Source: Balanoglossus misakiensis (Eukaryota > Animalia > Hemichordata). From it: a stretch of 64,000 nucleotides of DNA. Below the pieces are notes generated by a model. It saw nothing but the letters and a program-made list of their open reading frames with translations, was not told the origin of the DNA and searched no databases. Positions 13,764 to 28,125 of the stretch are shown piece by piece (positions within the stretch are counted from its first letter, which is position 1; the number at the start of each line of letters is the position of its first letter). The DNA is taken from positions 7,375,186 through 7,439,185 of the forward strand of contig CM082589.2 in the NCBI GenBank assembly GCA_040954595.2, in the 5' to 3' direction. The translations under genes and the position numbers were made by a program.

Positions 13764-16700
13764 ATGAGGCTATGCATGAAAGGCAAAAGAGACGGTGACC
13801 CCGGCGATAGCGACAACGGCAGCGGCTGCTACGGCTGGGTTGTGGTTCTTGCGTCGCACGTCTGCTGTTGGTTCTCAGTCGGTGTCTATCAGTCCATCGG
13901 GCCCATGTTCGTGGCGATACAGCGACACTTCGGTGCCAGCTCAGTCAGCACTTCATGGATCATATCAGTGGTATTATTTCTTCAACTCGGAATAGGTAAC
14001 GTTGCAAAAAATATTCATATTAATATCCCAGACTATCCGAGAATTTAGCGAGGTAATCCTGCGTAAACTGCGGTTATGCTTGGTTGACTTCAAATCGATA
14101 TCTGGAGAAATTTCACAGAATCGCCGGGCGCAACTCTAACCATCTTTTTATTGACAAAAACGCACCCTGGTAGGTAAATTCCTATCTGGGATTCTGGGTG
14201 GGTCAAACGTTCCTTGTCCATATCTTATATTTTCATTTAATCATATTTTTATGATTAGCAAGTCTATACGCGAAGTTCAATGGTTGCAGGGAAAGTGTTA
14301 GGTTCAATCATCTATATGATGTAAATGAGGATATATAAAAAAATCGATAAAATTCTAATGGTTCGGATTTTATAATATTGAACGATGACCAGTATGACAA
14401 TACATTACTTGCCCCGTTGCATACCAATGTAAAAAATAAACCCATATCCGCTGCTAAATTCACAGTTTCCTTTGTGTTATGAAAGTATTGGCAGCACCAT
14501 AGACCCTAGATATGGTATAGCACTTTCAATAATCGTGTTGTTTACACGGTGTGAAAGAATTTGCACAAAAAACGCAAGGTTGGCCATGACGCCAACCGTG
14601 TTTCTATATCTTATGGCAGACACCCGTATTGTCTGGTCATGGCCTGTGTCATTGATCTAACTTATACCCTATTGATATAAACCTTGTAAGTACCCCGAGA
14701 TGCAAACGAGTGACAACGATTGTGAACTAACTCTTGGACAAACTGATAAATGTACATATACATGTATAACGATTAGTGGACCTGGTGGGTTTCTTTTAAT
14801 CTGGGGGAATATTTTGTCAATCCCACTAAAAAGTTGAAATGGGTTGATAAATTGAACTAGGCCACAATCGATCGAATGCCAATTTATTTTAATCCCCGCA
14901 CCCGCGGCACCTGGTTCACCAAAATTCAAGGGTAAGATTGAATTCCCCATGGCAAATGACCGTGATAAAAACTTGTTTGTTTGTTTTTTAATCACGTGTT
15001 TAAAATTGATGACAATCCCGAGAGAATTGACATTGTTTCCGACATGGGGTTCACAGGAATCGTCTCGGGAATCATATTTGTACCGACCCCCCCCCCCCGC
15101 ATAACCCGAGAAATTCAAGTGCCCCGTTATAATTACAGATATTGAGTAACCCCTCCACAACCCTGTAAGTTTCAAAACGCGCGAAATGAGGCCCAGCAAT
15201 TGCATGTATATAGCCAGATTAGAAAAAACTGTTATCGGCGCAACAGAGCCCATCGTGGGATACAGTAATTCCCTAGAGGGGAAAAGTAAATTAGCCCGAC
15301 GCTCACTCCATTGACCGAAATCTTTCAATTTCGACCGGTCCAAACAGGGCTACTAAGCCAGTTGTTTGTACAAGGCTGTCTGACGTCACAGTCGAATGTT
15401 TACCGAGTGACACCTCTCTGCACTTTCCTGACCTTGGTCCACCCCAAACCATGCATGCACAATCATTTGTATGCGTCGTGTTGAAAAGTTTCTTCATAGT
15501 CATCCGATTGCAGTCTTTGTCAAAACTTACCGTGTCTGTTTATTTACCGGCTGCGACACATTTGCTACAGAATCAAATACTGTAAATGTCTTCTTTTGCG
15601 TTGCCTTCTTTACATACATTCATGCATGTATGTACGCACGCACGCACACACTCACACATACGCACGCACGCGCGCGCACACACACACAAACACATACATA
15701 CATACATACATACATACATACATACATACATACATACATACATACATACATACATACATACATACATACATACATACATACATACATACATACATACATA
15801 CATACATACATACATACATACATACATACATACATACATACATACATACATACATACATACATACATACATACATACATACATACATACATACATACATA
15901 CATACATACATACATACATACATACATACATACATACATACATACATACATACATACATACATACATACATACATACATACATACATACATACATACATA
16001 CATACATACATACATACATACATACATACATACATACATACATACATACATACATACATACATACATACATACATACATACATACATACATACATACATA
16101 CATACATACATACATACATACATACATACATACATACATACATACATACATACATACATACATACATACATACATACATACATACATACATACATACATA
16201 CATACATACATACATACATACATACATACATACATACATACATACATACATACATACATACATACATACATACATACATACATACATACATACATACATA
16301 CATACATACATACATACATACATACATACATACATACATACATACATACATACATACATACATACATACATACATACATACATACATACATACATACATA
16401 CATACATACATACATACATACATACATACATACATACATACATACATACATACATACATACATACATACATACATACATACATACATACATACATACATA
16501 CATACATACATACATACATACATACATACATACATACATACATACATACATACATACATACATACATACATACATACATACATACATACATACATACATA
16601 CATACATACATACATACATACATACATACATACATACATACATACATACATACATACATACATACATACATACATACATACATACATACATACATACATA

Positions 16701-19641
16701 CATACATACATACATACATACATACATACATACATACATACATACATACATACATACATACATACATACATACATACATACATACATACATACATACATA
16801 CATACATACATACATACATACATACATACATACATACATACATACATACATACATACATACATACATACATACATACATACATACATACATACATACATA
16901 CATACATACATACATACATACATACATACATACATACATACATACATACATACATACATACATACATACATACATACATACATACATACATACATACATA
17001 CATAGCACAGAAAGAGTCCATGCGAAGAAATATCTACAAAATAAATTAATAATTGTGCCTATATCTAAAGGGCATTTGTCGTTATAATGACGCTTCAGTA
17101 ATAACATACATCTAGTCAACAAGTTCCTTGCACTGGATGATGCTGTACAAGAAGCTTGGTCAGCAGATTCTGTTCTCTGGCTTTTCAACTTGGCGCCATC
17201 GGCGGTGGACGGTTTCTTTGGAGTTGCTGGGTGTCTGTATTCTCTACGATGCTTAGGGTTTTTCCGGTAACACGACGGTCCATACGGACAAATTGGCAAA
17301 TCATCGTTTATTGCCACCGAGGCCAGAACTCTCCGCCTTTTCTTTACTGGTTCGGTAGCCATGCCAAACTCTGAGAAAGTCCCTTCACCTCTCATCCAGG
17401 TCAGGTCGTCTGCTGCATCGAGTAACGCATTATTTTAAGTACTAAACTTCAAGATATTGTAAGTTATAATCCCGTACAAGTTATCACCAAATTCTACCAT
17501 TTGTATCACACGAATTATTGATTTTATTTTGTAAATTAATGGTCTTTTAAATTTATTAAAATACAGTTTTATTAATGCAAACATCACTTTTGCATGCTGA
17601 GTCTGACAATAACAAAACGTATTCAGTTACACATGCCACAGCCGACAGCTTCAAGGCCCTTCTTTTGTTTACAGAACTACATGCACAGACTTGCGTACTG
17701 CGTGTGTCAACGTCCAGCATACTTCTTTCAATACCTATTTATTAAATCATAATACGCTTCTTCAATCGCTTTTGCAGATATGCTGAGAATATTATAAATT
17801 TGTGGACGTCCCTTATACTTTATTGGTGAATGAATAACGATATTAATTTAAGCGTATGCACACTATAACAAGCGGACATAAAATTCTCATGCAGTATTTT
17901 TTGGCACCATCAAAGCAATTTTTGTGTTAAAATTAAAGTTTGCACCACGCTTCTCTCCTAGTAACAAGTGCCATGGAGATTTCACTCAGTCGACTACAAC
18001 CTGAAACAAAGGAGAACAGTATTGATCAGATCTAGTCTAGGGCCTATCTGCATGCCTCAAGTTCTCCCATGGGTGACGTCATTCTTTGAGATGTAATAAG
18101 TCGAAGCATGTTTTGTTGGTATGTGGAGACAAACACTGACCTGTTAAAGCCATGGCTCGGCTTAACTCATCCTTCAGAATCATAAGAACTTCCTTCACCC
18201 CTTCTTCTCCCTGGAAAATTTAAAATTAGTGAGTGATAGCCAGAGAGTGAGTGGGTAGGTAGGTAGGTAGGTGGATGGATGGATGGATGGATGATGGATG
18301 GATGGATGGATGGGCGGGTGGTGTATGGGTGGGTTGGTTGGTTGGTTGGTTGGTGGGTGGGTGGGTGGGTGGGTGGGTGGGTGAGTGAGTGAGTGAGTGA
18401 GTGAGTGAGTGAGTGAGTATGTGAGTGATGAGAAAAGGTGTTGTGACAGAGATGCATGGGGTAAAAACAAGGTAAAACATACATTGCACGCCAGTCCATA
18501 AATCACCGGTCTGCCGACGAACACCGCTCTGGCACCCAAAGCCAGCGCCTTCAAGACATCAGTACCGGTTCTGATGCCTCCGTCCATGTACACCTCCACT
18601 TTGTCTCCAACTGCGTCGACGATGTCTGATATAACGTCGATCTACAACGACATGAAATATGAACACGAAGTTTGTGAATGTCAAAAACACGGTCCAGTCA
18701 TGCATTTCGCTATATCATGTGTACTATCTAGAAACGGAACGAAACGAAGCCTTGCATGCCGCTCACCGTCGCTGGTACACAATCCAATTGCCTGCCGCCA
18801 TGGTTGGATACGATTATTCCATCAACTTTGTGTTCTGCTGCTAATACGGCATCTTCTGACGTCATGATTCCCTTGGCAACGATTGGTAGGCTTGTTAACG
18901 ATTTCAGCCATAGTACGTCATCCCAAGTACAAGACGAGTCTCTAATTGGCAGGCGTAGTCCCGAGCCCACAGGATCACCAACTTTCTGGTTATAAGAAAC
19001 AAACCAATTCTGTAAGCGCTACTATACAGTTGCCTACATCGGTGGCCATTGATGTATATAGGGTACACCCTAAGACGTCATTCTACTGGTTTGACCATCT
19101 ACAAGCAGACACACCTCTCTCTGAAGGTACAATGACATGATGATAGAACTTTCATTCAAAAGTAAAAATCATGAAAACAGTGTGTAAAACGCGCACACTG
19201 CTTTTTCAAGTGACCAACTCATGGCTGGTGGTTGAATAACAATTTTGAGACCAAAATGACAAATGACATCTTCAGACGCGGTCGTTCACTGGTGGATCTA
19301 AAACCAACTGACCTTGTCAGCGTATTTTTCAAGATTGCCAAGCTGCAAAAAGGGCGCGGTAGACTGTCCGCCCATTCGCTCCAGCTCCCTCTTCAAAGCA
19401 GGAACTGCCATATCCACGCTGATGACAATGGCCTTGAAGCCCGCCTTTTCCGCCCGTCTGACGACATCTTTCATGATGTCCCGATCCGTGAATAAAAGCT
19501 GTTGCCATTTCAGTGATGCTGGTCGCGCGGCGGCGATCTCCTCCATGGATTTGCTGGACTCTATGCTTGCGATCATCAACGTGTTCAGGTCGGATGTAGC
19601 TGTTGATGCAAGTGAAAATTTGAATCCGTATGAGAGGTGGA

Positions 19642-19697
<56 letters not shown>

Positions 19698-22600
19698 AGA
19701 TTGATTGATTTGATAGCTTTTGAAGGACAAAAGGTCAGATAACCGGCAGCAGTACATTAGTTTTCACAGTGTGTATACAGTCAGGACTTCTTAGATGTTG
19801 CTTTTGATTTTCATTTTACCTGGATTGCAAGTTGCACAAAAATATACGCATACAAATGTATATGGCCTACTTTTTAACGTATAGCCTAAAAATTACAGAT
19901 GCTAAGACATTCTTTAAGATACGGAGAGGTATGCTGTTCAACAGAAACCCCACACTCACCGACATAAATGTACTACACATACGCTCGGGCTGATACGCGT
20001 AGCTGCACTCTCAAATTGATTTATGTTATTCATATCTGATGACCCTAGCTTTGTTTAGTTTCCCGTGCAATAAAATTCCGTGCGCAGAAAACATATCTAT
20101 AGTTTATTTCTGTAAAAAAATGCCCACGTCAACATCAGAGGTCATAAATGAACTTTTGTGAGCAACTGTGACCGCCGCCACGATACCTTTACAGGTTGCA
20201 ATCTCCCCATCGGGGTGTGCCATGACTTGAAAAGCTGTCGGCGATGTACAAATTGGCGCATCTATCTTCTCGCCGAGTATGGTGGTCGACAGGTCTCTAA
20301 CAGAAACATCTCTCAGTACTCTCGGTTTAAGCCAGTATCTGCGAAATTGACAAACAATTGTAAAATGGGCTATGAATCTGATAAGACGCATAGTTTTACA
20401 TGGCGGTCACGCACACAGGCGCCTCGACTTTAGATAGGTCTGTGCAGGTGTGAAAGGGTCGGTCTCTTCTCACCGTCACGTGCCAGGCGAAGCTGACTTT
20501 TCACAACTGGCCTTGGGAACCAGTGCTTCAGCCGCTGCCCAATGATGTTGTGCTGTCACTGGCCGCTGTACCGACGAGAATGCGAAAGATGTGAACTTTG
20601 CACCGGAGAACTAAACAAAATCGATCAATTTTGGAAGGCAGGTCTGTTGACTGGTGAACAACGGTATTAAGTTTCCCACCTTCGGAAAGCATTCCTGTTC
20701 TCTCTCAGCGTTTCCTCGTTGTCAGCTCCCGAGCTGCAATATACCCATGCCACGGGTGGCAGCAAATCCCGTGCCCTTGCCTCGAAATCATCGAGACAGA
20801 GCAATTGCCTCTTGGTCGCCATTTGTACCTGGTACATGGGTAGTTGATATATGTCGTGTGCTGTCAAGTACAGCGCATGCTTGAAGACGGCGGTGTCCCC
20901 TGATATCGAAAACGTGTAGTCACGTACGCGTTGGCGAAATTTGATTTCTAAGTGCATTATGCAAAGTGCAAGTACACAGTTACCGTACATACATACATAC
21001 ATACATACATACATACATACATACATACATACATACATACATACATACATACATACATACATACATACATACATACATACATACATACATACATACATAC
21101 ATACATACATACATACATACATACATACATACATACATACATACATACATACATACATACATACATACATACATACATACATACATACATACATACATAC
21201 ATAATTACCAAACTTTCATAACAAAACTTTCATAAATGTACTATGTCAACAGATCTTGGTCTTTTAAGCTTTGCGGAGAGAGCAACACTGAGAAAATGAA
21301 GTGTGTTTCTGATATATCCTACCTCGTTTTGCAGGTCCGTTGACCAACGTGATCGTCAAGCGATATGGCTATCGCACCACCGTCATGGCCGGGGGAACTA
21401 TATCCTCCATTGGGTACTTCATTAGTTCATTCGCGCCAAGCATCGAGTTTCTGTACCTCAGTCTCGGTGTCTTCGTGGGTAAGCACGTCTTATAAAATTT
21501 TGGAAATAAAGATTGAGAAAATAACGTCTTGTTCTATACAGCCCAGTGAATAATTGGGCTTCTAGATGTGGACTTACATGAGGGGAGTCGAAATCAAGAA
21601 CTGCTAACTATAGTATGGTTTATGTTTGTAACATAGTTATAATAATTTAGTGTTCAATGTACGGTGTATATGATTTCGACATTGTGTATGTGACCTGAAG
21701 ATGTATATCCACTCACATTTAGCTTATCAATGATAATTGTTTTAATTAATGTTTCTGTTTCTCTCCCCTCAATCTCTCTCGCCCTGTTTCTACCCCTTTC
21801 TCATTCTCCCCTCTCTGCCTCCCATTTTCTCTCTATCCCCGTCTCTCTGCTTCTTGCTTTTTTTTCTCGCTCTCCTTCTCCCCGCCCCTCCCTCATTCTC
21901 TCCCTCATTCCCACTCTGTCTCTCCCTGTCTCTCTCACTCTGTCCTTCACGCTCTCTGTCTCTCTGTGTCTCTCTCTCTTTCTGACTCTGTATGTCTCCC
22001 CCCTCACTCCCAGGATTGGGATACGGTCTCATCATGAGCCCAGCGCTGGGTATTGTTGCCCTCTACAACAAGAGACGCTACTCCCTGGCAAACGCCATCA
22101 CAGTGTCTGGCTCCGGAATAGGAACTTTTATATTCTCGCCGTTGTGGCAAGGACTTATCGACGGATATGGATGGAGAGGTGCCCTTATACTTTTTTCATC
22201 CTTCAATGCTCAGCTGTGTGTTTGTGCAGTACTTTACAAATCACCGAAGACAACGAAGACGAGAAATCAGTCACCCGCAGCAACTGGAGACGTCAGCACT
22301 CTCGGAACTTCGACATCTGCCAGCGAATTTAACTCCGCGTTTTCATGGAAAAGCATCAGAAACCTCTGTGATTGTTCACTTCTTACAAAACACTCCACGT
22401 TCACGCTGTACACGTTCGCCGTTTTCCTGGGTACCGGAATGGGTTACCTGGCCATGCCCGCGTTCATCGTTCTCCGTGCGGAATCGCAGCAGCTCGGCAC
22501 CAGTCGGCAGATCTCGCTGCTGATGTCCATCTTCGGCGCCTTCGGTATCCTCGGGAGGCTGGCGCCGGCTGCGCTGTTGCACTTCAAGATACCCGCCCTC

Positions 22601-23671
22601 ACCAGCGTCAGGATGTTTGGGTCGGCTCTCTTTCTGACGGGGCTTTGCACCTTGCTCAGTGTCTTCGCGAACTCCTACAACGTCTGCGCTGTCAACGTCG
22701 CCCTCGTGGCGTTCTTCGCCGGAATCCAATTCACCATGATTTCCCAAGTTGTCAGAGATGTTTTGGGATCATCTATGGTGACGGCAGGTGTCGCCGTCAG
22801 CACCCCGTTCACTGCCGTTGGGGCAATGATTGGTCCGCCGTTAGCGGGTACGTATTATAGTGTTTATGATTCAGTTCAAAAGCGTTACTCCACGAAATAA
22901 AATCATGAAAGTAAAACGCGAAAAGTGGCAGCTATTGGGACTTTAATAATAAGGTTCCACTTTTGTATGATGTGTCCTCTATATCAGGAGATAAGGTCAA
23001 AATATAATCCAAGGTATTTTTACATAAATCCATCCTTTCAAAAATTTACCCAGCTTTTACAGTCTCAAAATACAACTGTTGTACGCATTTTTTCCAAATT
23101 TATCTACTATGCCATGAAGATGCGTTCCGATAATCTTGGGGAACTTTTAACCATGTAATACTGATTGTACTTAATTTTCTGGAAACTTTACTTCTAGTTG
23201 AGTGTCCCTCTGTACTTTTCTTTGTATGACGTTTGTGATCACTAGGAGGCCGGAGGCCTACAGTTTCCGAATACATCACATTACTATTATATATAACAAG
23301 GTTGTAGAGTTGTAACGTCTATATTACAATTCTTGTGCATTGTAAAGTAAATGTGATGTATTGTGATGTACTGGTAATTGTAATGTATTGTAATGTGACG
23401 AAATGTAACTTGGCTAACAGTACACTTTATGTTTTTTCCCTTCTCCGCAGGGCTGATATATGACATGACGGGCGATTATAACAACTTTTTCTGCTACTTC
23501 GGCACGTGTCTTGTCGTGGCAGGATTTCTGGTGTTGGCGTTGGAACCGTACTTGAGAAAACGACGACTGAAGAGGAAAACGGTGGAGAGCGAAGCTCTTG
23601 TCGTCATTGATGTGGGCTTCGTGGGCGTGGTCGAGAAGGTTTCCATAGGAACGAACACGGGGGTGGTCTAA
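13764..23671 (+). CDS. SLC16/monocarboxylate transporter family paralog B, intact (~476 aa, 4 exons)
   Basis: Exons 13764-13995 ([12 protein letters not shown]), 21335-21478 (144 bp, [21 protein letters not shown]), 22014-22847 ([25 protein letters not shown]) and 23451-23671 ([14 protein letters not shown]). All introns are phase-1 GT/AG; 1431 bp open. Confidence 0.92.
15043..15690. mobile_element. Interspersed repeat, copy of the family at 25455-27400, ending in a microsatellite
   Basis: 15043-15245 matches 26185-26395 and 15250-15630 matches 27031-27400 at high identity by eye (e.g. GGAATCATATTTGTACCGACCCC, GGGGAAAAGTAAATTAGCCCGAC). Confidence 0.8.
15692..17004. repeat. (TACA)n microsatellite, ~1.3 kb, perfect
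   Basis: Directly visible. Confidence 0.99.
17110..17395 (-). other. Isolated exon or gene fragment encoding a PBZ (poly(ADP-ribose)-binding) zinc finger preceded by a basic NLS-like patch
   Basis: Translation ...[10 protein letters not shown]...[24 protein letters not shown] matches the PBZ consensus CxYGxxCYRKNPxHxxEYxH. Candidate donor AGA T|gtatgt at 17110. No downstream partner exons were seen. Confidence 0.7.
17933..20822 (-). CDS. HAO: FMN-dependent (S)-2-hydroxy-acid oxidase (HAO1/HAO2-like, ~365 aa, 7 coding exons), nested antisense in intron 1 of MCT paralog B; ends in the peroxisomal PTS1 -CKL
   Basis: Exons 20822-20680, 20338-20187, 19599-19313, 18985-18767, 18641-18483, 18210-18141 and 18000-17933 join in frame (1098 bp). 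Motifs: [75 protein letters not shown]. Confidence 0.95.
18245..18430. repeat. Compound tetranucleotide microsatellite (GGTA/GGAT/GGTT/GGGT/GAGT) in an HAO intron
   Basis: Directly visible. Confidence 0.9.
19640..19697. repeat. (AAAG)n microsatellite
   Basis: Directly visible. Confidence 0.95.
20986..21203. repeat. (TACA)n microsatellite
   Basis: Directly visible. Confidence 0.98.
22950..23295 (+). mobile_element. 5'-truncated LINE (3' end of ORF2 plus 3' UTR) in MCT paralog B intron 3
   Basis: [17 protein letters not shown]...[14 protein letters not shown]...[11 protein letters not shown] resembles the C-terminal (DE)FHF..xCPLY region of CR1/L2-group LINE ORF2, and is followed by a short simple-repeat tail. 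Confidence 0.7.
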
Positions 23672-25454
23672 TTGCTAAAAAAACGAACACGTCTTTACAA
23701 ACAATAAAAATATATAAGGAAAGGGCAATATGGGGTGGGCGTCTGTTGCTGCTATAGGGTCAATGGCATAGTTTACATGGAAAGTCAATAACACGGTCGG
23801 TCGATGGCTTTAACAGCTTTAAATTCAAGAAATGTGAGAAAAAATCTATTTCTTTTTCAATTGATTCTGCGCACTGGATCGAGTCATATTCGACGATGTC
23901 ATCGTAACCTTTGTCGCAGTGTCTCATAAAATACCAAATCTATATAATTAACCGTAGGAGAAATTGAAAAGTAATGACTGACATTTCGGTGTTTTTTTTT
24001 CATTTTTTTACCAGAGACTGTTGGATTTACTGATATTTATTTCAATACCATTCGTACATGGTACTTGCTATAGTACACAAATTAGTTCAAACAAAGGCTT
24101 GGGTTTTAATAATTTCATAAGGAACAAGTTTTGAATTATGAATGCGAAAGTTATAAATCGTTTGAACAATTGCACGGACGCAAGCGTGATCGAGTATTCA
24201 GTGAACCATGTATGTTGCAGCGTGTGTGACCTTGTCGCATCTGCAATGATACGCGCTTCAGTGAAACACGACGCGAAACTTTTGAGTATACGGTCACCTA
24301 TGCAAATTTATATATTTACCATGGTAAATTGAGATTTGGCCAGTCAGAAATTTTCAGTGGGTGGCACACACAAAAAAGAGCGCCATCATATGTTCTTTAG
24401 AACGCTCAAATACGCCATTGCAGCCATATATGGGCGTATGTAAATTAGGGGTGACCGTGTACGTTTAACACCGTTACAATGTTTTAATACCTCAGTCAGG
24501 AATTACCGTTTTGTACCTGTCCTCGGTGCATTTGCGTCAAAAACCGACTTGTCTCCAGCTCAATTCATTACAGAAGAGATGGTTACATTGTTGTGGTTGA
24601 GTAGATGAATAAAGAACTATTTACCGGATTCTTTTCGTCTCAAAATACTTTTTTTAATAGCCGATGTAATTTCTCTATTCGATTACGACCAATTCACACC
24701 CAGACCTGGTTAAATATTTTCATCTGAGCGATTCATGATAATTCAATTCTTACAGACGTAACAGAAAACCATTCTTAGGGAAACGTACCACAAATTATGA
24801 AAATTGATTTGATTAATTGATTACAACTATGTTCGAGCGGTCGATAAACTATGCTTATTTTTAAAGTGAACGTGCCGGCACGATTCAACATGTCACCGAT
24901 ACATTTATACATTACTCTGAAGTAACTTGAAACGGAAACGTGACCATTGAAGGTAGATGACTACCCCGGATGCAGTGCGTGCATGGTTAGCGAATACCAT
25001 AACCTTAAATGTATAATTTTGAGAAAACAGTGTTACAGTATTGGCATTTTCTTTAAAATTTCACAATAATGTGTCAAAAGCGGAGTATTAGTAGATAATA
25101 TAAATAGAACAATATGTCACCATGCTTGATCTTATGGTAGAACTGTGCAGGATATTTTCACCATAGAAAAACTATCTAGCATTAAGAGCGCAAGAAAAGT
25201 GCTGACTCAGCATTTTGCACAATATTTGAGACCTCATAGCTGAAACATTATCACGGGAACACCCTGTTTTCTTTTTCTTTTTTTATATTTAAAATTAATT
25301 GATTATTACAATATGTATAAAAACAGGAAAATATTTTAAACTTTGAGTAGACAAGTACATTAAATTACCATGTGAAACTGGTTCTTCGATATGACGTTAG
25401 ACGATTGGACAAAATCACGCTCTTTCCGTCACAAATTTTTGTTGGGGTGACAGC

Positions 25455-25893
25455 CATGACACGATTAAATTATTCCTCAAGAGTTCACTTCCTGCCCGGC
25501 CATTTTAACAACTCTCTGGAGTTAAATTTGAAACTTCTGACATTTTGGTAGCTAGAAATCGGGGTCAGTGGGACCACAAGTAATAACACCTCAGTGACCT
25601 GACAGAATAGGCGAGTCACGGTCGATTAGCATATACTCATGCAGAAAATATTATTCGATTCATATAAATGTGTATGGCCACACTAGGTGAATTTATTATA
25701 TAAAATGTGCGCCACCTATCGTTGTAAAAACACAAAATACATTTATTGATTAGTTGACAAATACATTGAGGTTTATAGCGTCTGTCTGTCTGTCTGTCAG
25801 TCTGTCAATGTAGATGTCAATGTCAGATGTAGGGAACGGCGACGTGGGTTTTTTATGCATGCTCGCCGTTCCCTACATCTGATTTTAATCAGA

Positions 25894-25961
<68 letters not shown>

Positions 25962-27400
25962 ATGTATGTATGTATGTATGTATGTATGTATGTATGTATG
26001 TATGTATGTATGTATGTATGTATGTATGTATGTATGTATTATGTTACATGTACTTAGAAAAGTTTCTCTCGCTGACAATTCCTCGGTAAATCAATTCTAT
26101 CCAATTCGCCGATAGGTGGCGCTATAGATTACTGACATTACCTGCAGCGGCGCAGCGTCGGAAATCCCTGTGTGTCCGACTTCACATCGGGTTCGCAGGA
26201 ATCGTCTGGGGAATCATATTTGTACCGACCCCTCCCCGCATAACCTGAGAAAGTCAAGTGCCCTTTCAAATTTAAGATATGTGAATACCCCTCCACACAT
26301 CTGTAAGTTTTCAAAACGCATCTCCATAAAATGAGGCCCCAACAATTGTATAAATATGGCCCTATTAGAAAAAAAGTGTTATCTGCGTGACGGAGAATTG
26401 TGGTGAGACACACAAGTAATACATGTACAGGTATAGCATTGCTGGAAAACCTGATCTGGGTTCGATGATTCTCTATGCGTGCTGAATCAGTGGTAATGGG
26501 TTAGGGCTATAATGGCTGTCTGTATTGAGGAGTTCGCCTCGGTAACATGTATTCTTTTGATGTTTTGAGTCTGCAACTATTTGTTAACTGATAAGGCTTC
26601 TTTCTTTCCCCATCACTTGCAAGTTCTTGCTGTTCTCGTTTCTGTTGATGACGGTTCTATAGAGAGGCGTCATCACCAGGGAGAGGGCAGCAAACACCAA
26701 GCAAAAGTGAAAACAGAGCTGAAGTCACACTGCTACGATATCTGGCATGTCACAAATACAGAGTATCTTGAAACAATAACTTTGAATTTTGTTGCGTCTA
26801 TTGCTTCATCAAGCTCATTGCCCCATTCAGATATAATTTTTTTCAATATCCCTTATTGAATTTGAATTTTGAGTAATATTTATAGCCATCTTTTACATTT
26901 GTTTCGATGGCTCCCTTACCTAGCCGTAGACGCTCAAAATTCACAGATCATACAGATCGGTAATAATCGCGGCACCCCCTCCTTCTCATTGTCTCTGAAT
27001 AGTGTTGATGCCTCTCATCAGCGCAACAATGCCCATCGTGTAATACAGTAATTCCCTGGTGGGGAAAAGTAAATTAGCCCGACTCTCACTCCATTGACCG
27101 ACATCTTTTCAATTTCGACCGGTCCAAACAGGGCCACTAAGCCAGTTGTTTGTACAAGGCTGTCTGACGTCACATTCGAATGTTTACCGAGTGACACCTC
27201 TATGCACTTTCCTGACCTTGGTCCACCCCAAACCATGCATGCACAGTCATTTGTATGCGTCGTGTTGAAAAGTTTCTTCATAGTCATCCGATTGCAGTCT
27301 TTGTCAAAACTTACTGTGTCTGTTTATTTACCGACTGTAACACATTTGCTACAGAATCAAATACTGTAAATGTCTTCTTTTGCGTTGCCCTCTATACATG
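25455..27400. mobile_element. Composite interspersed repeat with internal (TCTG)n/(TATG)n microsatellites (Helentron/DINE-like non-autonomous element suspected)
   Basis: 25455-26170 matches 42704-43270. 26185-26395 and 27031-27400 match 15043-15630. Contains GATAGGTGGCGCTATA. Confidence 0.7.
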
Positions 27401-27404
27401 CATG

Positions 27405-28125
<721 letters not shown>

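Noticed and set aside
14669-15343. 224-aa minus-strand ORF
   Set aside because: It overlaps the interspersed repeat, the frame is not maintained in the second copy, and it has no protein motifs.
21730-22013. Hydrophobic Leu/Ser-rich ORF resembling a signal or TM region
   Set aside because: This is the CT-rich polypyrimidine tract before the MCT-B exon 3 acceptor.
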